From: Eledone cirrhosa
Lineage: Eukaryota
Length of the DNA stretch: 64,000 bases
Reading direction: 5' to 3'
Assembly (NCBI GenBank): GCA_964016885.1
Contig: OZ024762.1
Span: 558,001-622,000 of the forward strand
In this document: piece after piece, positions 58,485 to 64,000 of the stretch
How the letters are laid out: the number at the start of each line of letters is the position of its first letter
Numbering within the stretch: the stretch's first letter is position 1
Notes under the pieces: model-generated
Seen by the model: only the letters and a program-made list of their open reading frames with translations
What the model was told of the DNA's origin: nothing
Database searches by the model: none
Program-made: the position numbers and the translations under genes

Positions 58485-58691
58485 ATCACGGCACAAATTC
58501 AAACGATCCTCGGTGGATTGGGGCTTGGTGGATCGGATTCCTGGTAATTGGGTTCAGTTCTCTGTTTAGTTTGCCGTTGGTGCTGTTTCCAAAGTCTCTA
58601 AAGAACCCTGATGTTAAATTAAGACGGACAATTGAACCCCTAAAATATCAGGAGTCATTATCTGAGCTGACCCTTAAAGCAAAATTAAAAG
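58485..58691 (+). CDS. OATP/SLCO exon with the OATP family signature
   Basis: ttttcag|...G|GTATGG, 207 nt, phase 1/1. Contains DPRWIGAWWIGFL, a perfect match to D-x-RW-(I/V)-GAWW-x-G-(F/L)-L, followed by LPLVLFPKSL. Confidence 0.95.
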
Positions 58692-59672
58692 GTATGGCTG
58701 GTTTTAAGGTGTTGTTATTTTAGAAACAATTGTTGACTAAAGGGCAGTGGATTGGCAGTAAAATCGGTAGAGCATCAGATTCCACGCTTTGCAGTATGGA
58801 GTTATGGCCCTTTACGTTCCGAGTTCAAATCCCACTGTATCCCATTTGACTTAGAGCCAGAACTAACACCACAAGGTACTATAGAATCCTCCCAATACCC
58901 TACCATTAACTCTACCGATTCACGTCCTTGTTATAGTCTATATATAAATTTGAGCGACTTCCATCCGTCTGTCCATCACACAGTGTGTCTGTGTGTGTGT
59001 GTGGTGATTGTGTATGTGTGTGTGAATGTATGTGTGTGTAAAGGGAAGGAAGGGAGGGGGTGGGGGCTAAAAACTATAAAACAGTGGCTGGTGTTCCATT
59101 TGCTACGCTGTATGTCAGTTTATGTGTTTGTGTAAATGTATGTGTGTGTGTGAATGTATGTGTGTGTTTGGTTGTATGAATGTATGTGTCAGTGTGTCAA
59201 CGTACCTGTGTCTGTGTGTCAATGTATGTGTGTCTGTGTGTCTGTGTGTCAATGCAGGTGTCAGTGTGTCAATGTATGTGTCAGTGTGTCAATGTATGTG
59301 TCTGTGTGTATTTTTCTAAGTGTGTCTCTGTTTTCACGTTTATATTTATATACTCATACATATGAATGCATCCATATGCACACACAACCACACACACACA
59401 CACATATACACATACATACACACACACACACATATACACATACATATACACATACACACATACTACATACACACACACATACATACACACACACACCAAT
59501 ACACATACATACACACACATATACACATACATACACACACACACATATACATATACACACACACATACACACACACACACGCATACACGTCAGCATGTTC
59601 AAAAAAATTCCCTAGAAACTGAAAAATCTCAAATAATTCAACAGACAACTTTATTGTTCTTGTTTTCCCCAG

Positions 59673-59837
59673 GTTTACCAAAGTCTTTGAGAGATGTTCT
59701 AAAGAACCCCGTCTACGATATATGTCTGCTCTCCAATACCATTATACTCCTCATGGTAACGGGATTCACTGCTTTTTCTGCCAAATATTTGGAGGTAGTC
59801 TTTCATATTTCTCACATGACAGCCAACATGATTATGT
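59673..59837 (+). CDS. OATP/SLCO exon (TM7 region)
   Basis: ttttccccag|...T|GTGAGT, 165 nt. Translates GLPKSLRDVLKNPVYDICLLSNTIILLMVTGFTAFSAKYLEVVFHISHMTANMIM (compare P..L..LL.NP.Y ... F.PKYLE.QF). Confidence 0.92.
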
Positions 59838-59950
59838 GTGAGTTGCTTTTATTAAAGCAGGAAAATCTCCGGCTTGCTTTTTTCGTGTGTGTTTGTTGTT
59901 GTTTTTTTTTTGTTATTGAGATTTCTATGATTTTAAACACACACATATAT

Positions 59951-59981
<31 letters not shown>

Positions 59982-59995
59982 CATATATATATATA

Positions 59996-60280
59996 CAATA
60001 TATTAATAAATGGAAACTATATTTATAAAACCATAATTATTTTATTATATATATTTCAAGGGCGACCAAGCCAATCTTGGTGCGCTTTCATCAGATAAAA
60101 TACAAAATTTGTTTTATAAATAGTGACATAACCATGGAAAACAACAGTTGACAGTTGAAAATTCGCAGGATAGTATTTTATCTGATGAAAGCGCACCAAG
60201 ATTGCCTTGGTTACCCTTGAAATATATATAATAAAATAATTATGGTTTTATAAATATAGTTTCCATTTATTAATATATTG
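59996..60280. repeat. Inverted repeat (arms about 108 bp, spacer about 70 bp) with a hammerhead motif in each arm
   Basis: Arms 59996-60103 and 60173-60280. Motif TATTTTAT-CTGATGA-...ACCAAG/CTTGGT...-GAAA-TATATA-TA-ATAAAATA at 60174-60238. Confidence 0.82.
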
Positions 60281-61076
60281 AATATTTACTCCATTTAGCT
60301 GTTGAGTGCTCTATATCAGTTATAAACTTTTAAGTTTGTTAGAATCCCAACAAATTAAATATAACTTCTGCATATACATATATATATATATATATATATA
60401 TTAGCAGAGAAGGATGGACAGACAAAATGACTTTCTCTGAAGGACCACGTATGTGAAAATTAACTTTTCTTCCCCTCTTTATATTTTTTTTGTTGTTATC
60501 ATTATTTTCACTATTTCTACAAATATGCAACTTAACAATATTCTGCATATCTGCAACTGACAATGCATTTAATGCTGAAACTGGTATTGTAAATAAATTA
60601 AGGCTTTCAAATTTCACTAAAAATATCTCTTCAACATTCCTGGAATCAAACCCACAACCTCATGATTGCAAATCCAATTCTCTAACCACTCAGCCTATAT
60701 ATATAGTTCAAGGAGACAACAGAGGTACAAAAGTCTTATTAATTTCACGCTTTATATGGAAAAGAGGAACGAAAGTTTGATACATATATATCTATAAATA
60801 TATATATAAAGCCAAAAATTCGGCTTCATACATTATTTATATACTTGTACACCTGAAGAATGGCTAAAGCCCGGCACCTTCACCAACACTACACCTGATA
60901 TTCCCCCTCCATACACACGCACATATGTATATCATGACTTATACACTGTTCACTTCCCTGACATTTCTATATTATTCTATGTACTATACATGCACCTTTG
61001 ATGAGTTGTAGTGCACCTGAACACTGTACACAATAATTATCATTATTAATATTATTATATATTTCTTCTTTCACAG

Positions 61077-61263
61077 GTTTTGTGTCTCTTATATCATCCA
61101 CAGTGGGCACACTGCTCGGAGGGATAATATCATCGAGAATGTGCTTAACGGTTCCCAAATTAATAATATTGAAATTAATAATAATGAGTGTGGTCCTAGC
61201 AGGTGATGTGATTAGCCTGTTCCTTAGTTGTGGCCAACCAGACCTTAAAAACGAGCCTGACAG
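61077..61263 (+). CDS. OATP/SLCO exon (TM8-TM9)
   Basis: tttcacag|...AG|GTAAGT, phase 1/2. Translates CFVSLISSTVGTLLGGIISSR...SLFLSCGQPDL. Confidence 0.9.
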
Positions 61264-61301
61264 GTAAGTTGGGAACAACCAGTCCTTAAAGACAACCCTA
61301 A

Positions 61302-62963
61302 GTGTCTTTCATTAGAAATATGGTAATGAAAGGGTTAATGACATAGACAGTGTCTTTCTTTAGAAATATGGTAATGAAAGGGTTAATGACATAGACAGTG
61401 TCTTTCATTAGAAATATGGTAATGAAAGGGTTAATGACATAGGCAGTGTCTTTCAGTAGAAATATGGTAATGAAAGGGTTAATGACATAGACAGTGTCTT
61501 TCATTAGAAATATGGTAATAAAAGGGTTAATGACATAGACAGTGTCTTTCATTAGAAATATGGTAATGAAAGGGTTAATGACATAGACAGTGTCTTTCAT
61601 TAGAAATATGGTAATGAAAGGGTTAATGACATAGGCAGTGTCTTTCAGTAGAAATATGGTAATGAAAGGGTTAATGACATAGACAGTGTCTTTCATTAGA
61701 AACATGGTAATGAAAGGGTTAATGACATAGACAGTGTCTTTCATTAGAAATATGGTAATGAAAGGGTTAATGACATAGACAGTGTCTTTCAGTAGAAATA
61801 TGGTAATGAAAGGGTTAATGACATAGACAGTGTCTTTCATTAGAAATATGGTAATGAAAGGGTTAATGACATAGACAGTGTCTTTCATTAGAAATATGGT
61901 AATGAAAGGGTTAATGACATAGACAGTGTCTTTCAGTAGAAATATGGTAATGAAAGGGTTAATGACATAGACAGTGTCTTTCTTTAGAAATATGGTAATG
62001 AAAGGGTTAATGACATAGACAGTGTCTTTCATTAGAAATATGGTAATGAAAGGGTTAATGACATAGGCAGTGTCTTTCAGTAGAAATATGGTAATGAAAG
62101 GGTTAATGACATAGACAGTGTCTTTCATTAGAAATATGGTAATAAAAGGGTTAATGACATAGACAGTGTCTTTCATTAGAAATATGGTAATGAAAGGGTT
62201 AATGACATAGACAGTGTCTTTCATTAGAAATATGGTAATGAAAGGGTTAATGACATAGGCAGTGTCTTTCAGTAGAAATATGGTAATGAAAGGGTTAATG
62301 ACATAGACAGTGTCTTTCATTAGAAACATGGTAATGAAAGGGTTAATGACATAGACAGTGTCTTTCATTAGAAATATGGTAATGAAAGGGTTAATGACAT
62401 AGACAGTGTCTTTCAGTAGAAATATGGTAATGAAAGGGTTAATGACATAGACAGTGTCTTTCATTAGAAATATGGTAATGAAAGGGTTAATGACATAGAC
62501 AGTGTCTTTCATTAGAAATATGGTAATGAAAGGGTTAATGACATAGACAGTGTCTTTCAGTAGAAATATGGTAATGAAAGGGTTAATGACATAGACAGTG
62601 TCTTTCATTAGAAATATGGTAATGAAAGGGTTAATGACATAGACAGTGTCTTTCATTAGAAATATGGTAATGAAAGGGTTAATGACATAGACAGTGTCTT
62701 TCATTAGAAACATGGTAATGAAAGGGTTAATGACATAGACAGTGTCTTTCATTAGAAATATGGTAATGAAAGGGTTAATGACATAGACAGTGTCTTTCAG
62801 TAGAAATATGGTAATGAAAGGGTTAATGACATAGACAGTGTCTTTCATTAGAAATATGGTAATGAAAGGGTTAATGACATAGACAGTGTCTTTCATTAGA
62901 AATATGGTAATGAAAGGGTTAATGACATAGACAGTGTCTTTCAGTAGAAATATGGTAATGAAA
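61302..62963. repeat. 48-bp minisatellite, about 34 copies, filling an SLCO intron
   Basis: Unit GTGTCTTTCATTAGAAATATGGTAATGAAAGGGTTAATGACATAGACA; 16-aa periodicity in the ORF track. Confidence 0.96.
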
Positions 62964-62986
62964 TATATGTTTTTTCCACCAACCAG

Positions 62987-63113
62987 TTCCGAAATAAAAG
63001 ACTTGATCAAGACATGCCATTGTGAACATAACCAGTATTTCCCTGTGTGTGGAAGTGACGGATATAATTATTACTCATCTTGTAGTGCTGGCTGTAAACA
63101 GTGGGGAAATTAT
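62987..63113 (+). CDS. OATP/SLCO exon, Kazal-like extracellular domain; gene continues past the window end
   Basis: ccaaccag|...TAT|GTGAGT, phase 2/0. Translates SSEIKDLIKTCHCEHNQYFPVCGSDGYNYYSSCSAGCKQWGNY (PVCG.DG..Y.S.C.AGC). Confidence 0.92.
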
Positions 63114-63371
63114 GTGAGTTGTTTTATATTTATTGTATGAAAGAATCAAAACTGCTGCCAGTTTCACACAGACATTTCTAGAAACTTCCACACACAGACA
63201 TATACATAATTCTACATATAGACATATATATAATTCTACACACAAATATATATATAATTCTACACATAGACATATAGAAACTTCCACACATTAACATACA
63301 AACTTCCACACGCATGCATATGCATACTTGCACACACAAACATATATATATTCAACAAACAAACGCAAGTG

Positions 63372-63640
63372 ATTCCACACATAAACATATATATACTTCC
63401 ACACACAAACTTATATATATACTTCCACACACAAACTTATATATACTTCCACACACAAACTTATATATACTTCCACACACAAACTTATATATACTTCCAC
63501 ACACAAACTTATATATACTTCCACACACAAACTTATATATACTTCCACACACAAACTTATATATACTTCCACACACAAACTTATATATACTTCCACACAC
63601 AAACTTATAGATATACTTCCACACACAAACTTATAGATAT
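63372..63640. repeat. 24-bp minisatellite
   Basis: ACTTCCACACACAAACTTATATAT, about 10 copies. Confidence 0.93.
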
Positions 63641-63711
63641 AATTTCAAACACCAACTTATGAGGAGCAGAGACCAATGTAGTAGTGGTGGAAGATATAGA
63701 AAGAGGGGACA

Positions 63712-64000
63712 GTGTATCTGTTGGTGAGAGACTGGGGTGTATCTGTGGGTGAGAGACTGGGGTGTATCTGTGGGTGAGAGACTGGGGTGTATCTGTGGGT
63801 GAGAGACTGGGGTGTATCTGTTGGTGAGAGACTGGGGTGTACATGTTGGTGAGAGACTGGGGTGTACATGTTGGTGAGATCTGTGGGTGAGAGACAGTGT
63901 ATCTGTTGGTGAGAGACTGGGGTATATCTGTGGGTGAGAGACAGTGTATCTGTGGGTGAGAGACTGGGGTATATATGTTGGTGAGAGACTGTGTATCTGT
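63712..64000. repeat. 26-bp minisatellite running off the window end
   Basis: GTGTATCTGTGGGTGAGAGACTGGGG and variants. Confidence 0.9.

Noticed and set aside
61298-63010. 570-aa minus-strand repeat ORF
   Set aside because: A 48-bp unit without a stop in one frame, antisense within an SLCO intron.

Overview
Eukaryotic, AT-rich, microsatellite-saturated animal DNA, most consistent with a coleoid cephalopod (octopus-like); this is inferred from the SINE/RTE/Penelope repeat content and is not proven. Two spliced protein-coding genes can be reconstructed by hand, oriented head-to-head. (1) Minus strand: a complete 124-aa secreted Norrin (NDP)-like cystine-knot protein in two coding exons (12179-12030, missed by the ORF track, and 9447-9223). 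It has all 11 Norrin cysteines and the same intron position as human NDP. (2) Plus strand: six coding exons of a divergent OATP/SLCO organic-anion transporter (44570-63113) that continues beyond the window. Almost all other ORFs in the track are translations of (TA)n, (CA)n, (GGT)n or minisatellite repeats. The non-coding space holds RTE, R4/Dong, CRE, CR1-like and Penelope-like retroelement fragments, two tRNA-derived SINE families, TTAA-flanked MITEs carrying internal tandem arrays, and several minisatellites. It also holds roughly 15 minimal type-I hammerhead-ribozyme motifs, several of them inside fold-back palindromes. Notable structures: the first Norrin coding exon lies between two inverted 72-bp arrays, it carries an internal palindromic cryptic splice donor, and there is a chain of candidate minus-strand microexons downstream of a YY1/CCAAT promoter-like patch. 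Repeat boundaries are approximate.
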